A DNA stretch of 63,727 nt, filler included, from Reticulomyxa filosa (Eukaryota > Protista > Foraminifera), in NCBI GenBank assembly GCA_000512085.1. It is 13 parts of 13 records of this genome, joined end to end, with 100 filler letters (N's around TTAATTAATTAA, not from the genome) between each part and the next. Parts side by side here need not be neighbours in the genome. Positions count along the whole stretch, not along the records: positions 1 to 30,727 come from ASPP01007854.1; 12 more parts are not named here. One strand, given 5' to 3'. This document shows positions 1 through 11,367 of the stretch, piece by piece (position 1 is the first letter of the stretch; the number at the start of each line of letters is the position of its first letter). Both the position numbers and the translations under genes were made by a program. Under the pieces are notes generated by a model. It saw nothing but the letters and a program-made list of their open reading frames with translations. It did not search any database and was not told the origin of the DNA.

Positions 1-71
1 AAAAAAAAAAAATATTTTAAACAAACAAAAAATATATATGTATGTGTATGTGTGTGAACTTGATATGACAG

Positions 72-1560
72 AGTAAAGCCCGTGGGGATGCTCAAATGGC
101 TACCACAAAGTCGATGCCCGAATGGTGACAAGTGCCAGTACTCGCATACGATATTGGAGCAAATGTATCATCCCAATATCTACAAGACGTCGATGTGCGT
201 GAATTACGCCAACCCTGCTGGGAATCGTTGTAAATGGGGTTATTATTGCACCCACGCGCATGGACAAGGCGATGTAAGGTCGCCGGTAAATCGCAGATTC
301 AATTCTCTGGAAATGGATGACTTGGTCATTAATACCGTTGGAGATAAGAAATACCATCCGCAGCATCAGCATCAACACCAACATCAACACCAGCATCACT
401 CGAATCAGAGAGGTACCACCAGTGGCAATAGCAATGGCAGTAACAGCAGTATCGATACAAGTGTGGTGATTCCTTCCGATCTTCATCAACATAATCATAA
501 CCATAGTCATAATCATAATCATAACCATCATCACCAGTCCAATGGTAATGGCAACAATATGATCACGATTCCAGTGACAAGGTCCGTACATAGCCCTTCC
601 AGCCATGACATGACTGTGTATCCTGTCGTACTGGAAAAAAAGTTTGCTACTATTTCGTCACCGGTTCCACAAAGATCTTTTCAAGATTTACCATACAAGC
701 AATCCAAGATTAATCACAATGCCAATACCAATGCCAATACTAATGCCATTGTGGATGTATCTCTCGCCTATCCCAACTACCCGTTCTGGACATCTTCCGT
801 TGCACCCTCATTGATTCAAACCACTCCCTCTTTTGGCGTTCCTAAATCTGACATAACTACAGATAGCAAAGCAAAATCGAGGAGAACGACGACGACGACG
901 ACGACGACGACACTGACTAACGAAATATCACAGAGGTCAATTGCAATAGCGACGGAAATTAGTACACCAGATCAGATAATGGAATCGCTTGAACCCGAAT
1001 TCTTGGGGTACTTGTCTCGACCAGCGGTGCAAGGCGGTGGAATTGGATGGTCGGACACTGATTTTGATCACCATCGCAATGGCAATGAAGACGACGACGA
1101 TGAGGATGAAGATGAACTTCACTTGTTTCCCTTGAATTTACCATTACTATCGCCCTCACCACAATTACCTTTGTGGGATGCCAATTCAACCACTGCATCG
1201 TTTGATGTGCTTCCAAACACATTGACAACGATGACATTGCCAAGGCAATCACAACATCATGCCAAATATACCCAGGATATTCCGCTTGTTTCCCAACTTC
1301 CCCCTTCCAATATTGGTCCTAATCATAAACTCACTTGTCATGCCTGTGGGCTCATTGTTCCGCAATCCATTACGCAACTTTTTTATCCGTTTTGTGCATT
1401 TTTTTTTCTCATCTCTCGACACACTCTCTCTTTTTTCCCCCACTCAGCTACCTTACGTGTCTACAATAGATGCAGCCATGTCTTATGCAAAAATTGTTGC
1501 TCCAATCAAATTAATTGCTCCTTATGCCTTACCAAGATATCCCAATACACTCATTTGTAA
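72..1560 (+). CDS. Unkempt-like tandem CCCH zinc-finger RNA-binding protein with C-terminal RING (3' part; upstream exons outside window)
   Basis: The exon begins after GACAG at 71. VKPVGMLKWLPQSRCPNGDKCQYSHTILEQMYHPNIYKTSMC...CKWGYYCTHAH matches the Unkempt CCCH spacing. A His/Asn/Thr low-complexity middle follows. The C-terminal CHAC...PCSHVLCKNC...CSLC forms a RING once GT-AG intron 1389-1469 is removed. Confidence 0.8.
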
Positions 1561-2509
1561 TTGTTCCTTTCTAGGCTCAGTCAATGCAGAGAGAAATGCG
1601 CACAAACATCCTTTTTTTTTTTTCTAACCTTGTAATTATAGACTTGAATAAAGAAACATTAAAAAACGGAAAAAATACATTATTATTTTTTTTAGAGTAT
1701 GTGTAATCAAATGCTATGTGGGGTCCATTCCAAGTTAAAAAAAATAGCCCACTTATTCTATTTTTCTTACACCCTTTTATTGATTAATCAACACAAAACA
1801 CCTTTCTTTTTTAAAATTTAGTTCCTTTTTTTTTTCCCCTTTGAAAACAGAAAAACACGACAACAAATAGTTTTTATTTTGTTTTGTTTTTATGTTTGCA
1901 AAAACGCATTTTAAAAATTGATTATTTGACTAATTGGTAGATAATCTGCTGGTGACGGTTTGCTTTTTTTTTTTTGGTGGGTTTCAATCGATTATTCCAT
2001 TTTGCTTGGTAATTTGAATTGTGTGAATTTTTGGTGGAATGCGTTTTGGAAACAACTTTCTTGTAATTGTTGTTTTGTTTTTTTGAATCTTTGAATTTTT
2101 ATGAGGAATAAGCATTTCAACTTCTTGAGGAAAAAATGGAGAGAAATGTGAGGTGGAAAGGTGATGTGTTTGAAATTAAGGTAAATGGATATTCCTATAA
2201 AGAGTCTGTATTTTCTATTATTTTGCAAACAACTAAAATTATGTGGTGTTGTTTTTCAATGATTTTGTTTTATAATATAACAACGTTTGAAACTTTTTTT
2301 TTATTGACATTAAATTTCTAATAATTTTGGTCACTACTTTATACTCGAATCGACTGACAAAAGAAGCGAACACAAGGATGATCGAATATTTACTTACGAA
2401 AATTCAATATAGATAATAAAGAAAACAATAAGTAAATTACACTCTGTTTGACTTTTAACAATAAGAAAAAAGCAACCGTCAACAGTAATTTACCAGACAT
2501 TCTTGCCCC

Positions 2510-5500
2510 TTACATCATCTTATTGGAATACATATTGGTTGCCAGGTTGTCATTTCTTTTACGTGCTCTTGACTTCTTTTGATGCAACTTTGAGTCGAAC
2601 GTAGTTTTTTCCACTTTTTCGGTACGTTGCTCTAGTTGCATCATCTTGTCAAGCATTATGTTGTTATTAACATACGACGTTGTTGTCGTCACATGTTCTT
2701 CATTGATTGCATTGCGGTTCATCCATAACGCATTAGTAAATATGTTTGCTTTATTTAACAATGCAAATCATATAGTCAAACTTTCATTCCCTTTCTTCAT
2801 TTTCCTCTCATCATCACAAACAATAAAAAACACAAATTTTACCTCGTGCAGCTTCGTAGTCTCCTATTTAAGTTTCAGATTTCAAACAACAAAGGTCATA
2901 TAACATTTGGATACAAATACAACAATAAGATTTAAGGAGCCAAAGAAATCTATACCTGCTTCACAGAGCCGAGCTGATTTTCTGGAGGCATTGGCTATCA
3001 TAACAACGCAAACAATATTGGAAAGTTACCTTAAGCAAATTGGAAGAAAAAAAAAAAGGTAGCACAAAAAGCTTAACCAGCAATGACTTCCATATTTAAG
3101 TTTTTCAAAACTTCTTCTTTATTTTGAGAAATGGGTTTTTTCTGAGTAATTACGCGCAACATCTTGGCTTTTTTTTTTTTGCCCCAATATGCACACATGA
3201 CAATTGTCTTGTTGTTGAAGTGTTTGGAGGGAGGAGACGAGAGGGAAAAAAAAAGAAAAGAACAACAGTCATACCTCCATCGACTCGTACGTAGTGTATC
3301 TGCAATTGAAACACGACATCTTTCAAATCTTTATACTCTTCTTTTCCCAACAATTCTTTGCGAATGATATATTCAAAGTATGTTTTTGAATCTTGGAAGA
3401 CATTACCAATATCTTGCACCTGGCGACTAATCTCAATTTGTGATATTTTTTCTTCTGTCGCGCCTTCAACGACTTTGGGGTTTTCCACAGCCGAACTACC
3501 TTCCAATTGTTGTTGTTCTTGTCCTGGTTGTTGTTCTTGCCCTGGTTGTTGAACATTGTTCACATTCAAAGCGTGAACATCATTTTGTTTTTCTGTTGTT
3601 GTAACACGTTCTGTTCGTCGTCGGCTTTGAAGCGAAGCAAAGGATGCAACAACATGGTGGACTGCACTTTGGTGGCCAAGACCTTTTTTTCCAAGATGCC
3701 TTTGAAATTAGTGGTCAATTGCAAAGGATTGATTCTCTGCACCTTGCCTTGGGTGATGTCACAAACCTTGCCCAAGTTTTCTAATTTGCATTCGCTATCG
3801 GTGATGGAAATGACGTTAACTACGACGCCTTTTTCTAAAGCCCAATTTGCAATCTGTTCGTACCACTGTTCGACCGCTTCGATTTCCTCGTCGCCTCTCA
3901 GCCCGTCCAAATTCCCAAGTCCAACATTCGCCAGTCCATCCGTGCACAGTATCACTTGCGATCCCGGCTTTTGTGCGGCCAATCCAATGGACACAACTAA
4001 CGCCGGACCTAGTGCAGTTTGCCCTTTTTCCGTCAATCGCCACAGCTTTTCTGACAACGCGCTCGCCGACTCCTTCACTTCTTTCTCAAACTTGTATCCA
4101 CTGGCAATGCTCTTCAAGTCTTCCATTTTGCTCAGTTTGTCGCCCGCTATGTACTCGGCTTCGCTTGTCCCGTCGCCCACAATCGTCACCTCATTTGAAA
4201 ACGTCACCAATCCCACTGTTTTATTATTATTATTATTACTTATCATTGATTTGAAAATAACATAGAAAACTCCAACCTTTGCATTTGGGCTTGTCTTTTG
4301 CCAGTTCATTCAGTTGCTCATCAACTGCGGCTTGCACACTTTGCAATCGGGAAACCCTTTTCATTATTTATTTGTATTTTTTGCCTTTGATGAACTTTTG
4401 AAATTGCTCAACCTTTCTTCTTTTTTTTTTTTTTAATTAAAAAAAAGTTCTTTGTTACCAGGTGGTGTTTCTCTTTTGATTAGGGAAAAAATTGGTCGCT
4501 ATGATCTTCATTGAACGCGCGAATGTCGGGCATGTCCTGAGCCCCACGTAACTTGATTTTTCCTTTCCATTTCTTGGGCTACACACTTTGAAAAACATAC
4601 ACATCACATATTGAAAGTGACAAAAGCATTGTTCATTACCATTAATTTTTTCCTCCTCTCCCCTCTTGTTTGTCAGTTTTTTTTAAAAAAAGATTACCAT
4701 TGATCCGGAAATATCAACACAAAATCTATGTCAACCAATCATTTGTTCCACAACCAACAAAAAAATTAAGTGTAAAACGATTGCTCAGTGTTCATGTTTT
4801 GTAAACACAAAAAAAAAATAATAATAATAATAATAATAAAAAATGTGTTTGATTTTAAAGACATGACGTTATGTTGAAGATCCGATTTTTCATCTTCCGA
4901 GGACGGCTCCACAATGTAATCGACGGTATCGCCTTGGGGAATTTCTTCATTTTGGATTTGGATAATGTTGCGTTGATTGCACAGTTGGCAGATCCAAATG
5001 CTATCATCGTCGTCGACTTTCATGTCTTTGTCGCTTGTTTTCAATATGTCAATTCCGGACAAGATCGCCTTGCACTTTGCATTGGCGCACACAACAGGGT
5101 CGCCCGTTGCTATCGCATTCGCTTTGTCACCCAACGTGCCCAAGTCGAATGCCACCACGTTTGTATTGATTTTTTGTGTTCGCACCGCTCGACGCGATTT
5201 GTCTTCTTTTTTCTAAAGCCCAACGCCAATTGTTGTTATTTTATTTTTTATTATTATTTGTTGTTTATATTGTCATCATGTTGTTTAGTTGTATACATTT
5301 TATATAACATAACTCTGTTGTCCACAAAAGCAAGAGCATCATTCACGTTCGCACCAGGAGCGTTATTTGCGTTTGCGCCAGGGACGTTATTATTCTCGTC
5401 GATAGCAGCGGACTGGGCGACAGCAGTGGACTGAACTTCTGTAGCAGACTTTGTCTCACCTCCCAGACCGAAACTATCTTTTAACATGCCCCAGAATCCC

Positions 5501-6155
5501 ACTGAGGTAGTTCGAACAGCAGCAGCTGATGATGACGGTGGTGACGATAACGATGATGCTCGTGAGGCTCGAACCGATTGTCTCGCAGCTCTTCCAAGCC
5601 CTCCGCTTGCTGAATTACTCGGTTTATTGTCTTGCGTATTTGCGGTGTTGTTGTCACTAATACGATTTTTTTTTTTTTTAAAAAGTATACGTATTGTTTT
5701 ACATATACAGCTTCAGTAAGTGGGAAGGTTATTATAATTTATTTTTTTAAAGAACAACAAAAAAAAAAGGGTAAAAAGGGAGTCACAAAGAGGGGTTTGA
5801 TAATATGCTATGCGACAGGATGCAACACCAAAAAAAAAAAAAATTGGAAAATATCCATGAAACAATTGTATCTTCTGTTGTGTGCTTACTTGGCGGATTT
5901 GAATGGGTTAAGGTAATGCAAGAAGGATTGACCCTGTTGTCTGCCATCACTTGCTTTTGCTTCATTGGAGTCGACAACAGCTGCCACTTCTTGGAGCCCA
6001 GTTTCCATCTCTTCTTCGTTCATTGATATGTTGTCCCTAACGAATGTTTTATGTTTTTGATTGTCTTTTTGATGTAGGGGTTACTCGGTCTCTCTTTTGT
6101 GTTTGCTTAACTCTTCGGAATCTACGCCGGACACAAACTTTGAAGCGTGGAACAT
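2510..6155 (-). CDS. Sec23/Sec24-type zinc finger + vWA domain protein (circularly permuted Ras protein 1-like, no Ras domain seen), multi-exon
   Basis: Manual splicing gives start MFHASKFV (ATG 6155), TNVVAFDLGTL...ATGDPVVC..C..WICQLC (zinc finger), FCVDISGSM (MIDAS), SRLQSVQAAV, VGLVTFSNEV, TALGPAL, ILCTDGLANVGLG, FQLQIHY and ARLCEAGDYEAAR. Several 1-nt homopolymer indels interrupt the frame. The 3' end is approximate. Confidence 0.75.
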
Positions 6156-7430
6156 ATTCTTAGATTATATGTTTATCAAACAAATAGAAAAGCTGACAAA
6201 ATTTGCCCAAATTTTCTTATATGAGGATACTTTCTTTTTGTCTGAACACCCTGCCCCAGCTCCAAAAAATACTTTCACTGTTTATTGTACTTTTTTTGAA
6301 TCAGATTCATTTTAAAACTGCAGTGTATCTAATACTGTTATGAACAATTACTTTTTTTACTCAAATATTTTAAAAAATATTTATGATAATTCAAGCTTTT
6401 TCTCTTGGAATGAGAAAAGTCTTTGAAAAGAACAAGTCAAACACAAAAAGATTGAAAAAAATTCGAAATTTATTTTCAATTTTATCTAGCACTATTTTGC
6501 CACTCCCAAAGAAAAAGTAAGCAAACGAAGAATCAATATCAGCTTTTCTTCAAGCGTTTCAGAAGCATACTTCTCCTGATAAGACAATAACATAAACTAG
6601 TACGAACGTGAAATCAAAATGGTAAACCTGAAAAAATCAAGAAATTACTAGTAATTTAAATGCAACAGATAGCATATAATTTCATCAAAAGCTTGTCTAA
6701 AATAAAAAAATATATAAAAAGTAAAATTACAAAAAAGGAAACAAATATGTCAAAGTTTAAAAACTACAAATTTTGTCCGGATATCAACAGGTTAAAAAAA
6801 ATCTATCACAAACAAAATGTAGTTCAATTGCTTGTTTCCGAATATAAAAAATTAACTTGAACTAAATACTTACTTCATGATATTGAGTAACCCACTGTGG
6901 GTCCCACCGTTCCGTTAGTATTTAAGGATGTAATGTAGTGACTTTCACTACACTTGAAATCCGTTTTGTAATAGAAATTACTCGAAGATTAAGTCTAATA
7001 GCGCTAAAATGTTGGAAAAACTTAAATACAATTGTATTTGAGAATGTTTAGATATTTCAACAGCCAAAAAAGTATTATTCAACTCGTTGAGTCTTAGTAC
7101 AAAAAGGAAACACAATATCAATGTGTAACTATTGCAAATACATTTTTATAATTTTTTCAAAAGTGCAAACATTTTTCAATTTCACAATTCATTTTCAGCA
7201 TCAAATTCTTCTGTTTCGTTTGGAAAAAAGTCTTATATAAAAAAAAGTATCTGAATGATTCACGCAATCCGGTAATCTTAAATAATCCCCTTATTTTAAC
7301 TCAAACACTTACAATCATTTAAGACATGCATGTTTTGGTGTCCGCTGAATGCTTTGACTAGTGTAACGCGAAAACGACTTTTTAACAAGTAAAGTAAAAC
7401 CCCTCGTCAATTGGGTTCAAAAGTATAATA

Positions 7431-9258
7431 ATGATAACATTGTTGATTACTTTGGCATTGCTTCAGTTCAAAGAATCTTTAACAGCTAAAGAAGATGTTT
7501 TATTAAATCTCATTCAGATGATCGAGAGAGATGACGTGTTAGGGTTGCGTGAAGAAATAGAAAAGAGTCCAGAATTGATAGATGTAGACTTGTGGAAAAA
7601 TGACGATGAATCAAGGAAAGAGACAAAAAGACCGCATACGTTGCTAGATGTTGCAACGTTGTACGGGAAAGTGAGCATTGTGGAATACTTATTGGAGCAC
7701 CAGGCTAGTGGGAGTGCAGAGGATTCAATGTATTGGATCTGTGTGGACCCTCAAGACCACAACACATGGAACACACAGCCGCTCCCATCAGTGCAAAATG
7801 GCTTTGAAGACAAAGCATACTCGAAAAAGCTTTTGCAAGCGTACCTGCGTTACAAAGCAAATATCAACGACACTTCGCGACACGCGGAAGGTATGAGCCT
7901 ACTCACGACGTGTGTCTTGAATGGCTACATAGACGTGGCCGAGCTGCTGTTACAAAGTGGCGTCAATGTGTACGCCAAAGATAATTACGGCCTCGACGTT
8001 TTAGATTGGCTTGTCAAAGCGCCAGCCGTCAAGTTTTTTTTTTTTTTTTGAGTACATATATACATGTGTATACATATATGTATATATGTATATGCACATT
8101 TATGTATATAAATTTATATATGTATATATGTACATATATATATGTGTATATATAAACATAACATCAATGTTTCGATTTCAAAACTTTGACAACAAACAAA
8201 AAAAAAAAAGATGGATTCACAAGACATTGGGACAAGACGTTGCATTAACACGGAAGAAAAAGTTTATGAAGTTGTTTGAGGCGCATAATGTGAAATGGGA
8301 TTTGGCTAGATTGTCAACGCTACAAGATACTGACCAGTCTACTTTGACAAGTTTGAGACGACAATCGACCATACCAGGTTAACTTGCAAATAACAAGTCC
8401 TTCCTCTCTCCCCTTCTCCCCCCCCCCCCCCTTTTTTTTTTTGTAAACGCTCATGCGAAAAGCGCATCAAATTGTCCAAAACAAGAAAAAAGCAAAAGCG
8501 ACGACACAATTCAACAACAGTTACAAGCGGGAAGAGAACGCATCCGCGCAAAGATGAAAGAGCGCATAAAACAAAAACTACACACGCCTTCGCAATCCAA
8601 CTCTTATGAAGACGACCATATGCACAAGATTGAGGATATTATTAAAAAAACAAGTTATTTGTGATTTCATAAAAAAAAAAAAAATCAGTTGTATTATGTT
8701 TTGAATTATTATAATCATATTATATACATACAAACATATACGTATACCATATATTTATATTTATATTAAGATCGTGCAAGAAAGAATGAGAAAAGTAATA
8801 CGCGACAGAAAGGGATTCGAGAAGATGGAAAAGGAAAGGATGCAATACAAATGGAAAAGACCCAAACATATGCACATGGATCGGAGAACGATGGTGAAGA
8901 GGATAGAAGAGAGGGGACGCACATTCGCGAATATATGGACCAATTGTCCGAGCTACGCAAACAGGACGAAGAGTGCAGGAAACAATACCTTCGACGTGAA
9001 CTAAGTGGGGAGGAATGGCGTGCCAAACATGAACGCTTTCGCCAAGAGCGAGAGCGCATTCAAGGTATCTTGGACGATATTCGCGTGAAGGAAACGGATC
9101 GCCAACGTGATATTGTCGCTCAAAGGCTAAAACTCGAACGTGACTTGGCTAAACAGAGAGAAGAGGACGACGAAAGTTGGAAGCAAGTTTCGGAAATGAA
9201 GAGAAGGAGATCGCGAAATCAAAAGCCAGATTTTTTAACTTTTCATGATGAATTGTAA
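7431..9258 (+). CDS. Signal-peptide ankyrin-repeat protein with charged coiled-coil tail ending HDEL (probable ER lumen), multi-exon
   Basis: N-terminal MITLLITLALLQFKESLTA; ankyrin motifs TLLDVATLYGKVSIVEYLLEH and SLLTTCVLNGYIDVAELLLQSGVNVYAKDNYG; GT-AG intron 8033-8210 keeps frame; the last exon (ORF 8851-9258) ends FHDEL-stop. Joining of the middle exons is inferred. Confidence 0.65.
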
Positions 9259-9796
9259 ACTCATTTTTATTTATTCAAGAGCCAAAAAAAAAAAGAATGA
9301 AGGAAAAAACTAGAACAAATTTCATCATTCTTGTGTTTATACTTTTTTTAAAATTTTTTGCACGTTGCAAAATATTTACTGCCGTCAATTGTTGAACTCA
9401 ACCACGATTTTTGGGCCGATGATTTATTGATGAAATATATGGACCCAATTCTTTTTTTCTGATTTGTCAATGTTAAACAAAAAAAACCTTTTTTCCATCT
9501 TTGGCGAGTAGTCCTCTATTTCGTAAGTCTTGAATACTGTAAAATGTATTTCATTTAGGTTTTTTTAAATGAAATCGGTATGTTGTTTATCAACACACAA
9601 ACAGATTTGTTTTCAGAATTTTTATTTCTGCTGTACATAAACCTTTTCAATTGAAAAGAATCAGGGATGTCAAACACCCCCAGCGCAAAAGCGGGGGATC
9701 AGTACAAGTAGAAAAGAGTGGAAAAAAAGGCGCAGAAAAGATTAATAAACATCCTATAAAACAACAAATTATACAAAATCGGTAAACACTTCAATA

Positions 9797-10853
9797 ATGG
9801 GTTGTGTAGAAGGTGGTGATATAACGGAGGAAGAGATAAAAGCAGCTCAACAAGACCACGAGCGAGCCCAAAAGATTAAAGCGAAACAAAAAAGTAAAAA
9901 AGGAAAAAGGAAAGAAGTCGAGACCAGTAGTCACTTCAGTAAAACAGGGAAGTCTTTTAACATCACAGCAACGCCTAGTGGGTTTCATGATGAAAAGGAT
10001 ATTATCCCCGACCAAAAGCCAATATACGGAACAACACTAAGTGTCGAAAATGCAAATAAAACTAGTTTTGAAAGTGTACGTGTATGCTTTTTTTTTTTAA
10101 AGCTTGAGTGGCTTAAAAAAAGATTACAAAAAAAAAAGGTGCACTGCATGCACTCAAACCCTACTTGATAGAGGGAGAGTGGGAAAAAAAACAAAACAGA
10201 AATGTATTTGTTTGTGGTTTGCTTGTTCTCAATGTGCAGAAAACACAGTGACGACGAACTTGAGCGTGTTATGTGTAATCTATTCTTTCGATAAAGTGTT
10301 TCCGATAGCAAACTTTGACCCCGTGTTGGACGTGACGGACATGACCTCCAATGAAGCGTTGCGCTATTTCGGAGGAGAGCGTCGGACACAGAGATTGACA
10401 GAGCACTTGAAATTGCTTACGTCGGAGATGCAATATGAAGTAAATACACAGACGACAGTGCGAAGCAAAGAAATTTTTGTGGTTAGTGATACGCTGAAAA
10501 CAGTGCAAATGTGTACATTATTGGAAAAGGTCGGTTTGCTGGACAAGTTCACCAAGTTCGATGACCTTCAGAATTCAGGCATTGCCAACCATGTTATTGG
10601 GGTTGATCACAAATACATGTCGGAAGGTGCCTCGAAGAATATGGCCGTATTCAAAATTATGCAATCAAAGAAATACGCACATGACCAAATATTGTATGTC
10701 GATAATATCAAGTCGGTCGTTGAGTATTTCAATAGTATTGCTTTATGTAGGACCGTTTTTGTTGAGGATGAATATGGCATTGGCAATGAAACCTGCCAAC
10801 GAATTGAACAAATGTTTGAAAAAGAGGCCATCAACGCCAAAATTACTTTGTAA
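9797..10853 (+). CDS. N-acylated (MGC) HAD-superfamily-like protein, two exons
   Basis: Starts MGCVEGG followed by a basic patch. The second exon shows a HAD-like motif order: VIYSFDKVF (motif I-like), IFVVS (II), SKN (III), ILYVDN (IV). Intron about 10074-10239. Confidence 0.5.
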
Positions 10854-11367
10854 AAAAAAAAAGAAAATCTAGGTCTCACTGATTGAACGTATTCAGGTCG
10901 ATACGATGAATAAGATTTTTTTTTTGTTTTTAGTTTAACACTTTGGAGTACACTCCCAAAAAAAAATACCTAATTTGTGTTTGTTGTATGTCGACCTCGT
11001 ATGCACCCTATATAATTTTGTTGTTATCAAAAATGGAGACAATTTTTTTTCAAAGAGTCTATTAGTTGACTTGCTATTCCGTCTAAATGTGTTGCAGCAG
11101 TTTGAATGTACAAATTCAATCCAAGCCAAGTCCTCCCCTTTTTTTTATGAGTCAAAAATGCGAATTTATAAATAATGAATTTGTTGGAAATTTTTTGAAG
11201 AGGATAGTATTATAAGATAATTGAAACTGTGTTTCTGTACAAAACGCACATTAAAGCGATTTTTTGTTTTTTAGCAGTTAGTCCACAAATCACCTCCATA
11301 CTTTTTGCTACAAGACGAATGAAGAAAAAAACAATACTGAGAAAAAAAAAGTGGCAATAACTGTACG

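Noticed and set aside
8050-8160. (TA)n/(TATG)n/(TAT)n tracts producing YIYI/IIII ORFs (also 25340-25400, 25760-25860, 41600-41650)
   Set aside because: Ordinary intronic microsatellites; the translated ORFs are spurious.
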